Positions 10,041-23,299 of a DNA stretch of 64,000 nt are shown piece by piece (position 1 is the first letter of the stretch; each line of letters opens with the position of its first letter). The translations under genes and the position numbers were made by a program. Source of the stretch: Vicugna vicugna (Eukaryota); NCBI GenBank assembly GCA_013265495.1, contig MU057711.1, positions 1,054,001-1,118,000 of the forward strand, in the 5' to 3' direction. Below the pieces are notes generated by a model. The model was given only the letters and a program-made list of their open reading frames with translations, ran no database searches and was not told the DNA's origin.

Positions 10041-12046
10041 TCGTTTACCTGCTGGTGAGCATTTGGGTTGTTTCCAGTTTTGGCTAATATGAGTGACACT
10101 GCCATGAACAATCCTTGTTTAAGATTTCTTGTGGCTGTATGCTTCCATTTCTCTCAGGGAGATACCTAGGAGTGGGATTGCTGAGTCACATTATAATGGG
10201 TCATCTTTAAGGAAAGTGCCAAACTACTTCTCAGAGTAACTTTGCCTTTTTACATTCCCACTAACAATGAGAACGCTGGTTGCTCCACGCCCATACTGAT
10301 GCTTGACGATGTCAGTCTTTTTAATGTTAGCTATTCTATAGGGTGTGTGGTGGTATCTCTTCATTTTGATTTTAATTTGGACTTTGTTGATGGCTAATGA
10401 TGTTGAGTATCTTTTCATATACTTTTGGACCATTTATATAAGTCTTCCTTTGTAAAGTGTCTACTCACATATTTTGCTCATTTTTAATTGGGTACTGTCT
10501 TATTATTGAATTGTGAGTTTTTTTATTTTTTAAATTTATCTGGATGCCAAACCTTTTGCAAATACAGGTATTATGAATATTTTCTCTCACTCTGTAGCTT
10601 GCTCTTTCATTTTCTTTATGATATCATTGGAAGAGCAGGAGTTAAGTTTTTTTTTGCTAAGTGGATTTTGAAGCTTTTATTTTTGCATTTTCTTTTGGTG
10701 ATGAGAAGCAGGAAGGCTATTTATTTGTTCACATAACATGTTCTCGTCCCCAGTCTTCCTCTGACCCAGTCCCCTTTGCTGTGAGTGTTTCACCACACTG
10801 CATGGGAGGGATCCATCTGTCCCCCTGACTTGCTCCCAGTCAGTCATGCCAGCCAGGAAGTGCCTTGGCCCTGACATCTCAGCTGAGGAGGCTGCCGAAG
10901 GAGAGGGGCCAGAGCTAAATCCTGGGTGAGCAAGGTAGGCTTGTGTCCCTGCTGGGGCCCTACCTTTGCAATATCTGCCACTGTGAATCTAAATAGAAAC
11001 ACCCTCTTCTTTTTCTCTGTAGCACTTATGCTGGTTTGTAATCTTACCTTGGTGGGCTTATGTATCTGTCTTTCCTACTTGACTGTCTCTGTGGGCAGGG
11101 ATCTTGTCTGTTTTAATGTCCAAGAATTTGCAAAATATTAGTGACTTTCAGAGCCCTGCTTGCCCATCACTGTGGGAGGAAGGCAGACGGTTCCCATTCT
11201 CAGGGTCCACAAGGAGTTCTGATTCGTGCCTGAGAAGGGTCCCTCGTGGATCTCTGTTCCTAGCCCAAGGTAAGTGTGCTTATCCTCTATGGGCAGGAGG
11301 CTGGGAGAACCCCACCTCTTGGCCATGTGCCTAGGGTCCTGGCCTTTGAAAACCCTGATTTTCATCTTTACCTTCTTACCTCTATTGGATCCTCTGCTGG
11401 CCTGTCAGGTGATGTCTGGAAGGGTCTCATTGCAACCATTCGGTCCCTCCTCCCATCCTCTGTCCCCTCTCTTCTTCCCATCTTTCTTCTGGGGGTCTTT
11501 TCCTGCCCCACCTCCTCTCCACTTCCCTCTTTCCAGCTGACAGATGTGGGAAAGACCTCAAAGACTCACCAGGAGACAAATTCAACTGTAAGGGCAATAA
11601 ATGTAAGCATAGATAACTATACAAATTCTAAAAGGATTCTTCATTCTTTTCAAAGTAACCCATTAAATAGTTTTTGCGATGCATTATAAATGTCCTTAAA
11701 ATTTACTGCCGTCTACTAAGATGCATGTGTCTACCTCAAATTTCACCTCAAATATCCAGGGCTGAGACTTAGGCTTTCTGGATGGATTAACCTCAAGTAA
11801 TCCAAAAGGGCTCGACGTATAGGAAGTGAAGGCACATCTAAGGAGTTTTTACGTAATCCTGGAGCAGTTTTTAATTTTGATGAAGCCCATTTTATCAAAT
11901 TGTTTCTTTTAAATTTGTGCTTTTTGTATCCTATTGAAAAACATTTTTGCCTACTTACTTCAAAATCATCTGTTTTCTTTTAGAGCTAACTTTTAAATAT
12001 AGGTCTATGATCCATTTCAAGTTAGTTTTTGTGAATGGCACGAGGT
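10041..12046 (-). mobile_element. Old L1M ORF2 relic in two colinear halves (10041-10646 and 11862-12046)
   Basis: Left half ends tttcattttctttatgatatcattggaagagcag and right half resumes gcagtttttaattttgatgaagcccattttatcaa; these are adjacent in L1M consensus text. Confidence 0.8.
10647..11861 (-). other. Poly(A)-tailed non-L1 insertion (orphan transduction or unspliced retrocopy)
   Basis: Splits an L1; T9 at 10647-10655; minus-strand AATAAA at 10676-10681 (20 nt from the tail) and 10720-10725; internal L2 relic ~11005-11125. Confidence 0.65.
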
Positions 12047-13800
12047 TGCCTTTTTATTTTGTTGATTGTTTCTTTGGCTTACAGAAGCTTGTTAGTTTGA
12101 TGTAGTCCCACTTGCTTATTTTTGCTTTTGTTGGCTGTGCTTTTGATGTCATATGTAAGAAATCGTTGCCAAGACCAATATCAATAAGGGGATTTTCCCC
12201 TGCGTTTCTCCTAGGGGTTTTATGGTTTCAGGCCTTATACTTAAGTCTTTAAGCCATTCTAAGTTAATTTTTGTGTGTGGTATAATATAAGGGTCCAATT
12301 TCATTCGTTTGCGTGTGGATGTCTAGTTGAATTCTCAACACCATCTATTGAATTTTTTGAATAGACTATCCATTCCCTATTGTGCATTCTTGGCACCCTT
12401 CTCAAAGACAGGTTGATCGTATATGCATGGCCTTATTTCTGGGCTCCCTATTCTATTCCATTGATCTATGTGTCTGCTTTTTTGCCAGGACCCTACTATT
12501 TTGATTAGTATAGCTTTGTAAATATAGTTTGAAACCAGGAAGTGTGATGCCTCCAGCTTTGTTCCTCTTTCTCTAGATTGCTTTGGCTATTCAGGGTCTT
12601 TTGTAGTTCCATATGAATTTTAGGGTTGTTTTTTCTATATCTGAAAAAATGCCATAGGAATTTTAATAGGGATAGTACTAAAGCTGTAGATTGCTTTGTG
12701 TTATTATTTCTTTCCTTATGCTTACTTTTGATTTAATTTTCCCAAGGCTGAAACTTAGATTATTCATTTTGGATCTTCTTTTCTAAGGTATGCATTTAAT
12801 GCTATACATTTTCCTTTAAGCACTGCTTTTGCTGAATCCCACACATTTTGAAAGGCATATTTTCTTTTTCATTTTGTTCAACATATTTAAAATTTTCTCT
12901 TGAGTCTAATTGCCCCATGCATTATTTTACAAGTGTTCTGTTTAATCTCCATGTATTTGAGATTTTCCAGTTATCTTTCTGTTACAGATTTCTAGTTTAG
13001 TTTTATTGTGGTCTGAGAACAGTGATTGTATGTTTGTATTTTTTTAAATTTGTCAAGATATGTTTTATGGCCCTGAATGTGGTCTATCTTGGTGAATGTT
13101 TCATGTGAGCTTAAGAAAAATGTATATTTTGCTGCTGTTGGATGAACTATTTTATAGATGTAAATTGCATCAGTTGATAGATAATGTTGTTGAGATCAAC
13201 TGTATCCTTACTGGTTTTCTGCCTGTAGGATCTGTCCATTCCTGAGAGAGGTGTTGAAGTCTCCAGCTATGGTATTGGGCTAATCTATTTCTCCTTGTAG
13301 TTCTGCCAGTTTTTGCCTCATGTAGTTTGGCTCTTTATTGTTAGGTCCATACACTCTAAACTTTCTTGGAAAATTAACCCCTTTATCATTGTGTAACTCC
13401 TTTCTTTGTCTCATATAACTTTCCTTGCTCTGAAGTCTTCTGTGTATGAGATTAATATAGCTACTACCACTTTCTTTTGGTTAGTGTTAGCATGGTGTAT
13501 TTTTATCCATCCATTTACTTTTCATCTGTATGCATATTTATATTTAAAGTGGGTTTCTTGTAGATAACATATAGTTGGATCTTGTTTTTTGATCCACTCT
13601 GGCAATCTTTGTCTTTCAGATTTGTTCATTTAGACCATGGATGTTCAAAGTGATTTTGATATAGTTGGATTAATATCTACCAATTTTGTTACTGTTTTCT
13701 ATTTGTTGCCTTCTTTTTTTGTTTCTGTTTTTGCTTTCTGCTCTTTTTTTGCCTTTTGTAATTTTAATTGACCATTTTATATTTCATTTTTATTCCTATT
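12047..13800 (-). mobile_element. Two further L1 ORF2 relics (12047-12700 and 12700-13800)
   Basis: Antisense L1 ORF2 text, e.g. agtttgatgtagtcccacttg, ccagctttgttcctctttctc, gtggtctatcttggtgaatgtttcatgtgagc. Confidence 0.85.
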
Positions 13801-13804
13801 TTTC

Positions 13805-16800
13805 TTCTTGACTTACTGAGATATAATTAACATACAACATTGTATTAGTCCGAGGTGTATAAAATGATGATTTGATATATGTGTATATTGCAAAATGACT
13901 CCCATTATAAGTTTAGTAAATATCCAACATCTCAAATAGTTACAATTTTTTTTTTAGTGATGAGAACTTTAAGATTTACTCTCATAACAGCTTTCAAAAA
14001 TACAATACAGTATTGTGAATTACAGTCACCATGATGTACATTACATTCCCAGAAATTATTTGTCTTCTAACTGGAAGTTTTTGACTACCTTAATCCATTT
14101 TCCTCAAAGTCTGCCTCTGGCAGCCATCAATATGTTTTTTGTATCAAATAGTTTCTTTTTTTACCCCCAGATTCCACATATAAGTAAGATCATACAGTAT
14201 TTGTCTTTCTCTATTTCACCTTGCATAATGCCCTAAAGATCCATCTACATTGTTGCAAATGGCAGAATTTCTTCTTTTCTACAGCTGAATAATATTCAAT
14301 TATATATATGTATATACACATTTTCTTTATTCATTCATCAGTTGATGGACACTTAGGTTGTTTCCATGTCTTAGCTATTGCAGATAATGCTGCACTGAAT
14401 ATGGGTGTATGGTGTCTTTTTGAGTTAATGATTTCATTTCCTTTAGATATATACCTAGAAGTAGGATTGCTGGATCATATGGTAGTTCTACTTTTAATTT
14501 TGTAAGGAACCTCCATACCATTTTCCATAGTGGCTGAAGCAATTTACATTCTCACCAATAAGTGTACAAGGGTTCTCTTTTCTCCACACCCTCACCAACA
14601 CTTGTTATCTCTTGTCTTTTTGATAATAACTGTCCTAACAAGTGTGAGGTGATACATCATTGTGGTTTTGATTTGCATTTCCCTGATGATTAGTATTATT
14701 GAGCACCTTTTCATGTCCTTGTTGGCCATTTGGGTGTCTTTTTTGGAACAGTGTCTACTTGATTTTTCTGTGCATTTTTTAAATATGATTTTTTTTTTGC
14801 TATTGAGTTGTGTGAGTTATTTATATTTGGGTATTAACTCCTTATCACACAGGTGATTTGTAAATATTTTCTCCCATTCAGTAGATTGCCTTTTCATTTT
14901 GTGGACGGTTTTATTTGCTGTGCAGAAGCTTTTTAATTTGATATAGTCCCACTTGTTTATTTTTGCTATTGTTGGGTGTGCTTTTGTTGTCAAATTGAAA
15001 AACTCATTGTCAAGGCTGATGTCAAGGAGCTTACCACCTAAATTTTCTTCAGGAGTTTTATTTAAGACTTTAAATCCTTTTGAGTTAATTTTTGTGTACA
15101 GTGTAAATGTAGGGGTCCAGTTTCATTCTTTTGCATGTGGCTGTCCAGTTTTCCCGACACCATTTATTGAAGAGACTATTCTTTCCTCATTGTTTATTCC
15201 TAGCTCCTTTGTCATAAATTAGTTGACTATATAAATGTGGGTTTATTTCTGGGCTCTCTATTCTGTTCCATTGACTTATGTGTCTTTTTATTTTATGCCA
15301 GTGCCATACTGTTTTGATTAGTATAACTTTGTAATATGTATGATACCAGGAGTGTGATACCTACAGCTTTTTCTTTCTCCAGATTACGTTGGCTATTCAG
15401 GGTCTTTTGTGGTTCCATATGACTTTTAGGATTTTTTGTTCTGTGAAAAATACCACTGGAATAAGAATTGCATTGAATCTGTAGTTTGCTTTGGGTAGTA
15501 TGGACATTTTAACAATATTAAATTTTCCAGTCAATGAACATGCATTTTATTTATTTGTATGTTCTTTAATTTCTTTTGGTAGTGTTTTTTCAGTTTTCAG
15601 TGTACAAGTCTTTCATCTTCTTGGTTAAGTTGATTCCTAAGTATTTGATTCTTTTTGGTGCTATTGTAAATGGGATTGTTTTCTTAATTTTCTTTTCATA
15701 GTGTCCATTGTTAGCAGATAGAAATGCAACTGATTTTGTATATTGACTTTCTATCCTGCAACTTTGCTGAATTTTTATGTAAGTTTAAACAGGTGTGTGT
15801 GTGTGTAATAATTAGGGTTTCCCATGTATATGGCTATGTCATCTGTGAACAAAGATAGTTTTACTTCTTCCTTTCTAATTTGGATAACTTGGATGTCTTT
15901 TATTTCTTTCCGTACATGATTGCTCCGGCCAGAATTTCCAATACGAATGCTGAATAGAAGTGATGGAAGTGGGGACCTTGTTTCTGATCTTAGAGGTAAA
16001 GCTTCCATCTTTAATCATTGAATATCATGTTGGCTGTAGTTTTTCATATATGACCTTTGTGATGTTGAGGTAGTTTCCTTCTGTCCCGAGTTTGCTGAAT
16101 TTTATTTTATTTTTTAAATCATGAAAGAGTATTGAATTTGTCAAATGCTTTATCAAAAGTCTCTATTGAGATAATCATGTAATTTTTTTTACTTAATCCT
16201 CTTAATGTGGTATATCATGTTGTTTTTCATATGTTGAGCTTCATATGTTCATATGCATTCCAAGAGTAAATCCCATTTAGTCATGTTTTGTAATGATTTT
16301 AATATATTGATGAATTTGGTTTGCTAGTATTTTATTGAGGATTTTTATATCAATATTTAAAAGAGATATTGATCTGCATTTTTCTTATAGTGGCTTTGTC
16401 TGGCTTTTGTACCATGGTAATGCTGGCCTTGTAGAATGACTGGGGAAGTGTTCCCTTCTCTTCAGTTTTTTGGAAGAATTTGAGAAGGATTGGTGTTCTT
16501 CTTTAAATGTTTCATAGGATTCACCAATGAAGCCACTTGGCCTGGGCGTTTTCCTTGTTGAGAAGTTCTAAATTACAGATTCAATGTTTTTAGTAGGTTT
16601 AGGTCTGTTCAGCATCTCTGTTTCTGTATGATTCAGTTTTGGGAGGGTGTGTGTTTCTAGGAATTTGTCCGTTACATTTAGGTTATCCAATTTTTTTGGT
16701 ATAAAATTGTTCATGCTACTCATTTGTAGTCCTTTTTATTTCTGTAGAATTGATAGTAATGCTCCCATTTTTAACTTATGATTTTAGTAATTTGAACCCT

Positions 16801-18290
16801 CTCTCTTTGTTTCTCTTTCATCTAGCTAAAGATTTGTCAATTTTGTTGATATTTTTGAAGAATCAACTATTGGTATCATTGATTTCTCTGTTGTTTTTCT
16901 GTTCCCTGTTTTATTTATCTCTGCACTAATCTTTATTATTTTCTTTCTTCTGCTAGTTTTGGGTTTAATTTATTCTTTGTTCTTTTTTTATTTTGTTTTG
17001 TTTTAAGTTCCTCAAGGTATAATGTTAAATTGTTGAGTTGAGATTTTTTTTTCTCTTTTTACAGCTATAAACATTTCCCTTAGCACTGCTTTCACTGCAT
17101 CCTGTGTTTTGGTATATTGTGCTTTCATTTTCATTTGTGTCAAGATATTTTCTAATTTGTCTTTTGCTTTCCTCTTTAGATTATTGGTTGTTTAAGAATG
17201 TGTTGTTTCCGTATATTTGTGAACTTTCCAACTTTCCTTTTGTTATTAATTTCTAGATTCATTCCATTGTGATCAGTAAAGATATTTGGTATTATTTCAA
17301 TTTTAAAAAATTGAATTTTTGGGCATAATGTATGGTCTACTCTGGAGAATGTTCCATGTACACGTGAGAAAAATATGTATTGTGCTGTTATTGGGTGAAG
17401 TATCCTGTCTGTTGGGTCCAATTGGTTTATAGCGTTATGTCCTCTATTTCTTTACTCATTTTGTTGGTTGTTATATCCATTATTGGAAATGGGGGGTATT
17501 GAATTTCTTGCTATCATTGTAGAATTGTCTGTTTCCCTCTTCAATTCCATTAATGTTTGCTTCATAAATTTTTAAGCTCTAATATTTGGTAATTGTTGTA
17601 TCTTCTTGGAAATTTGACCCTTTTATCAATATATAATGCCCTTCTTTGACTCTTGTAACAGTTTTTGATTTAAAGTCTATTTTGTCTGATATTAGTATGG
17701 CCACCCCTTCTCTCTTTTAGTTATTATTTGTATGGATTATCTGTTTCTTTTTACTTTCAACCTTTGTGTTCCTTAGGTCTAAAGTAAGTCTCTTGTAGAC
17801 AGCGTATAGTTGGATCATTCTTTTTCCTCCTCAATCCTTTCTGCCAATCTATTCCTTTTGACTGACGAGTTTAATTCATCTACGTTTAAAGTAATTGCTG
17901 ATGGGGAACAACTTACTCTTGCCATTTTGTTACACTGTCTATCTTATAACTTTTCATCTCTTATATCTTTCGTTACTGCCTTCTTTTGTGTTTATTTTTT
18001 TTGTAATGTCACTTTCAATTCTCTTTTAATTTCCTTTGTGTATGTTCTATAGATATTTTCTTTGGATTACTATGGGTATTAAATAATAATATCCTAAATT
18101 TATAACAATCTACTTTAAGTTGGTATCAACTTAATTTCAATTGCATACAAAGACTCTACTCTTTTACAGTTCTGCCCCCTACTTTATATTATTGATGTCA
18201 AAAATTACATCTTTATATATTGTCTACCCATCACATTGGTTTATAACTTTTTTGATGCATTTGTCTTTTAAGTTCCATAGCAAATAAGTG
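13805..18290 (-). mobile_element. Long decayed L1 (L1MA9-like 3' end through most of ORF2)
   Basis: 3'UTR at 13805; ORF remnants EEVKLSLFTDD (RT motif, ORF 15775-16008) and YIFFSRVHGTFSRVDH...DHNGMNLEIN (endonuclease, ORF 17176-17421). Confidence 0.9.
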
Positions 18291-18299
18291 GAGCTCTAG

Positions 18300-21200
18300 A
18301 TTCTAAAGGTGTAATCTTAGATCATTAATTTTAAAGCATTTGAAGCTATCAATTTCCTTCTAAGTACTGTTTTAGCTGTACACCCCACATTTTCATATGT
18401 TATAGTTTCATTTTCATTAGGCTCAACATTTTCTTATTACTGTTGGGTTTCTTTTTTTACTCATATGTTACTTAGAAATGTGTCATTTAATTTTCAAATA
18501 TTTGGGGGATTTTCCCCATATCTTATTGTTTTTGATTTCTGATATAATTCCTTTATGGTTAGAGAACATAGTTTTTATAATTTTAATCGATTTAAATTTA
18601 CTGGGATTTGTTTTACAGTCTAGTATATAGCTTATCTTTTTGAAAGTTCCACATGCCCTTGAAAAAAATGCGTATTCCTCAGTTGCTGGATGGAGTAGTC
18701 TATAAATGTCGATGATGTCAAGTTGATTGGAAGTACTAAGTGTTCTGTGGCCCTATTGATTTACTGTCTACTGTTCTAATAATTATTGAGAGAAGAGTTG
18801 AAATATCCAACTGTAATTGTGGATTATTCTATTTTGTTTTTTAATTCTGTGAGTTATTGTTTCATATATTTTGAAGCCTTATTATCAAATGAACTTAAAT
18901 TTAGGATTGTTACATATTCTTAATAGATTGGCTCTTTTATCATTATGAAGGATTCCTTTAATTCCTGGCAAATAGTCCTTGTTCTGCTGTTTACTTTGTT
19001 TGATATTAACATAGCCATGCCAGCTTTATTATTTTCTGCTTGCTTCATATATCTTTTTCTGTACTTTTATAGTTATTTGTATTTTAATATTTAAAGTGAG
19101 TTTCTTGAATTCAGCATATAGTTGGGGCATGCTTTTTTTTTTTAATCCAGTTTGGCAATCTGCCTTTTAATTGAAATGTTTAGACCATTTAAATTTAATG
19201 TAATAATTTAAAAAGCTGGATTTAAGTCTATCAGCTTGATGCTTATTTTCTATTTGTCTCATCTGCTGTTTATTCTTCTCCCCTTCTTCCTTGCCTTCTT
19301 TTGGATTGAGTGTCTTCTAGTATTCCATTTTATTTCTACCATTGGCTAATTAGCTGAACATCTTTTAAATATCTTTCTTAGTGGTTGCTCTAGGACTTAA
19401 AATATACATCATTAACATTGCAGACTACCTTCAAATAATATTATGTCACTTCATGTACAGTATAAGAATCTTACAATAATATATTTCCATCTCTCCCTCC
19501 CATACTTTGCACATATATTTTACTTCTATATATGTTATAAATCCCCAAATATATTGTTATTTTTGCTTCAATTATCTTTAAAGACACTAAAAATGAAAAA
19601 AAGTCTTTTATGTTTACCATTTCTGTCTCTTTTCATTCTTTGATGTATATGTAATCTCTCAGTTGGCATAATTCTTCTTTTGCCTGAAGTACTTTCTTTA
19701 ACTTTTTTTATAATGCAGGTGTGCTGGTGATGAATTACCTCAGCTTTTTTTTCCCTGAAAATATCTTTATTTGCCTTCATTTTTGAGGTATATTTTTACT
19801 ATGTATAGAATTCTAAGTTGATCATTTTTTTTCTTCTAGCATTTGAAAGGTGTCTCATTGGTTTCTGGGTTTCTGAGAGGTCTGAAATTATTTCCATCTT
19901 TGTTCCTCAGTACAAAATCTGTCTTTTTCCTCTGGTTCTCAGGAATTTGACTAAGATGTGTCTTGGTATACTTCATGTTTATCCTGTTTGGATCCTCTTG
20001 GATCTGTCAGTTTGTGTCAAATTTATAATTTTAAAATTTATTTACTTATTGGATAAAGCTGACACATAACATTGTGTAAATTTAAGGTGTACATCATGTT
20101 ATTTTGATACATTTGTATATTGTGAAATGGTTGCTGTTGTAACAATAGTTATTACATACAACATTATTGTCTATATTCGATAAACTGTACATTAACTGTC
20201 TGATGCTATTTTTGTATTTGTTGCAGGTTTGTACCCTTAAACACCATCAGTCCACCCTTGCTCCAACATGTGCTGGTAATCACTGTTTAACTCTGTGTTT
20301 TTTTTTTAACATATTTTTGTTGTTTAAGATTCCGTATATAAGTGATATACAGTATATGCCTCTCTCAGTCAGGCTTCTCTCTCTCAGCATAATGTACTCA
20401 GGGTCCATTCATGTTATTACAAATGGCAGGATAGCTCCTTGCTCATGGTTGAATAGTATTGCATTGTGTATTTGTGTATACTACATCTATTTTATCCATT
20501 CATTTGTTGATGGGCATTTGGGTTGTTTCCATATCAAATTTGTAAATTTTTTGGGCATGATTTTCTTAAAGTTTTTTTTGTTTGTTTTTGTTTTTCTTTA
20601 TCTCTCCTCTCTTTTGGGACTTTAATTTTATATACATTAAAACGTTTGATATTGTTCCATAGGTTACTGAGGCTCTGTTCATTTTTTCAATCTTTGTTTT
20701 TTTTTGGTTATTCTGTGCCAAATTTTGCATAGTTTCTGTTGTGTCTTCAATTTCATAGTTCTTTTCTTCTGCAGTGCCTACTATACAGTTATTCTTATCC
20801 AGTGAAGTTTTTTTCTTGAGATACTGTATTCTTCATATTTGGTAGTTCTATATGACTCTTTTATAACCTCCACTTCTATCATCATTATGTTAATACTTTA
20901 AGTAGTTAGGTATTTTGAATGTATCTGTAAGAGTTGTTTCAGGACCTTTGTTTGTTAATTACATAATTTGTCATTTCTAGGTCTGTTTCTATTGATTTTT
21001 TCCTTCTTGTTATGGATCACATTTTCATGCTTCCACACATGTCTAGTAACTTTTTACTGAATGCTGGACATTGTATATTTGGCATTATTGAGTGCTGTAT
21101 TTTGCTGTAACCTCTAAAAGAGTTTGGGACTTTGTTTTGTGAGGCAGTTATTTCACGTTATCTTGATTCTTTTGAGGCTTGTTTTTGAGTTCTTTAGGGA

Positions 21201-21835
21201 TGACTTTAGAGTAACCATTCCTCTAGGATTAGTTTAGCCTGATTACAAAGGCACATTTATTTCTTTATTTAGCCTTCTACTGAAGACTATGTGATTCAGT
21301 AAGGTCTCTCCACGATTGCTGGTAGCAACTTGAATAATTCCAGGTCCTGGGTGATCTCTGGGAATTATTTAGCTTTCAGCTCTTCAATAATTATTCTTTA
21401 CCCAGAGTTTGTCCTTCACACAGCTTTAAGGAGTATTACTATTTACAGCTTGTTATTTGAACAAAGAATCAAGGAAATCCCTGTGCAGATGTTTGGAGCT
21501 CATTTGATAATAGCTCCTGCCTCCCTGACATTCTGCCCCACAAATTTTAGCTACCTCAGCTTCCTCAGATTCTGATCTCTGACTCCTCGATTCAACAATA
21601 GCCACTGGGCTCTATTCAGATTCCCCTTCCCTTTGCCACAATCTAGAAATTGATTCCAGGCAGAAAGTTGGGGTGATTATGGAATTCACTTTATTTATTT
21701 CCCTTCTCTCAGGGGTCCCAGTCTTTTGTTGCCTGTTGCCCAATATCTGAAAATATATTTTGTAGCGTTTCCCCATTGTTTATGGTGGAGGGGTTAGTCT
21801 AGACATTGTTATTCCCTCATGGCTGGAAGTGGAAA
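18300..21835 (-). mobile_element. Old L1M 5' half (ORF2 start, ORF1, 5'UTR relic)
   Basis: ORF1 C-terminal remnant near 19568-19780; ends with tagacattgttattccctcatggctggaagtgg, typical of old L1M 5' ends. Confidence 0.75.
20029..20533 (-). mobile_element. Nested L1 3' end with TSD
   Basis: TSD tcaaattt(a/g)taa at 20017-20028 and 20534-20545; L1 3'UTR text between them. Confidence 0.8.
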
Positions 21836-22059
21836 TGGGACTGGTATTTTTGACCCTTCTTTTCTTTTGCTGTGTATTACCATCCTTCAGGTTAAGCCCT
21901 ACATTACTCCCTGCCCAATTGTTCTAAAAGCTGCCTCCTTTTACCCACTAGCCCATCTACCCAGCACATTCATGTTTGTTTTTGTTTTGTATCTTTCTTG
22001 TTCCATCATGTTTTATTTTGTTACTCCTTTGCTCAAAAATACTTAGTGACTCCTGGAGT

Positions 22060-22589
22060 GAATATATGTTGTTTTTCCTGCTCTTTTTTCCTTTCTTTTG
22101 GGACCCATCCTCCCCACATTACATTCTAATGGAAATGTCAGTCTCCATCTGTTGCCCAAATGCTACCCACTCAGCCAATCTTGGTACCTCATTTCATAGT
22201 AATAGTGATTGTTCCAGCGATAGATAATGTCAGTCATAGGCTTCTCAGGGACTGATGTATGGACATTGAAACAAAAGGATGCTCTTCTGGCTGACTGTGT
22301 TAGGCTGGGAGAATGTAAATTTGGGACTGTTAAGAACCACCTTCCTTTGTCTAATGGAGAAAGATTTACTTCTGTAGGAGAGAATGAAATCAACACACTG
22401 AGTGAAGGACAAAGAGAGATACAGAAGAAACAAGAGAGTACAACATAGTTAACTCCCTTGATCCATATGTGTGTGACAGTAGTGAATCCCCACACTTACC
22501 AGTTCTTTGAACTCATTAATTTCCTTCTTGCTTAATCTAGTTTGAATTGAGATTCTCTTACTCACATCTGAAAGAATTTCATTAAAACA
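22060..22589 (+). mobile_element. MLT1-type (ERVL-MaLR) solo LTR
   Basis: 3' end cttgcttaatctagtttgaattgagattctcttactcacatctgaaagaatttcattaaaaca. Confidence 0.6.
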
Positions 22590-22734
22590 GTGCCCTTTGT
22601 TTTTGTAGTAAAATGTAGCTTCAGGAAAGCTATTCACTAGCCCCAGAAGATTTCCCTACTTTTGATACTTTGGGCTGACAATCCTATCAGGTGTACCATT
22701 CTTTGCTTATCAAAATGCTTGTCAGAGCAGCTCT

Positions 22735-22870
22735 GTGACACTGTGGAAAGGGCTCAGGCTTCAGAGTCAGAGAGACCTGTGTTGGAGCCTCTTTGCTGCC
22801 TATTACCTGTGTGATATGAAAGGTCAGTGCATATATTTTGTTTCCTTCTCTACAAAGAGTAGAGAAGATA
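22735..22870 (+). mobile_element. MIR SINE relic
   Basis: gtggaaagggctcaggcttcagagtcagagagacctg...ctgtgtga. Confidence 0.65.
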
Positions 22871-22887
22871 GGAAGCCCCATGGTACC

Positions 22888-23290
22888 AGTAAGAATTAGA
22901 TTTAACCACATATAACTGAAAACCCAAGATATGAATACTTTGAACAGATAGAAATTTCTTTCTCATGTAAATTAAGCCTGGAGGTAAACATGCAGGATTC
23001 ACAAAGTCATGAGAGAGCCACTTCTAACCCCTTTTCCTCAACCATCCTAAGATCTGGCTTCAATTCTGAAAGTATTACTCTCTTTATTGAAGTTAGCTGG
23101 ACCCACGGTGTGGACTCAATATGTTATTCCCACCCAGGTACATGGAGAAATGGTTAGGGGGAATGGACGGGCATTTTTCTATATTGGAAATTTTCTTCTC
23201 TGAAGGAAGCTTTCCTTTGCTATTATTATTGTTCACTTCTGTTAGTAGAATCTGCCAAAATAAAAAGTTGGATGCTCTCAGAATTCCAAT
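22888..23290 (-). mobile_element. MLT1K-like LTR relic
   Basis: cagtaagaattagatttaaccacatataactgaaaaccc...tttctttctcatgtaaa. Confidence 0.5.
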
Positions 23291-23299
23291 AAAGAGGAG

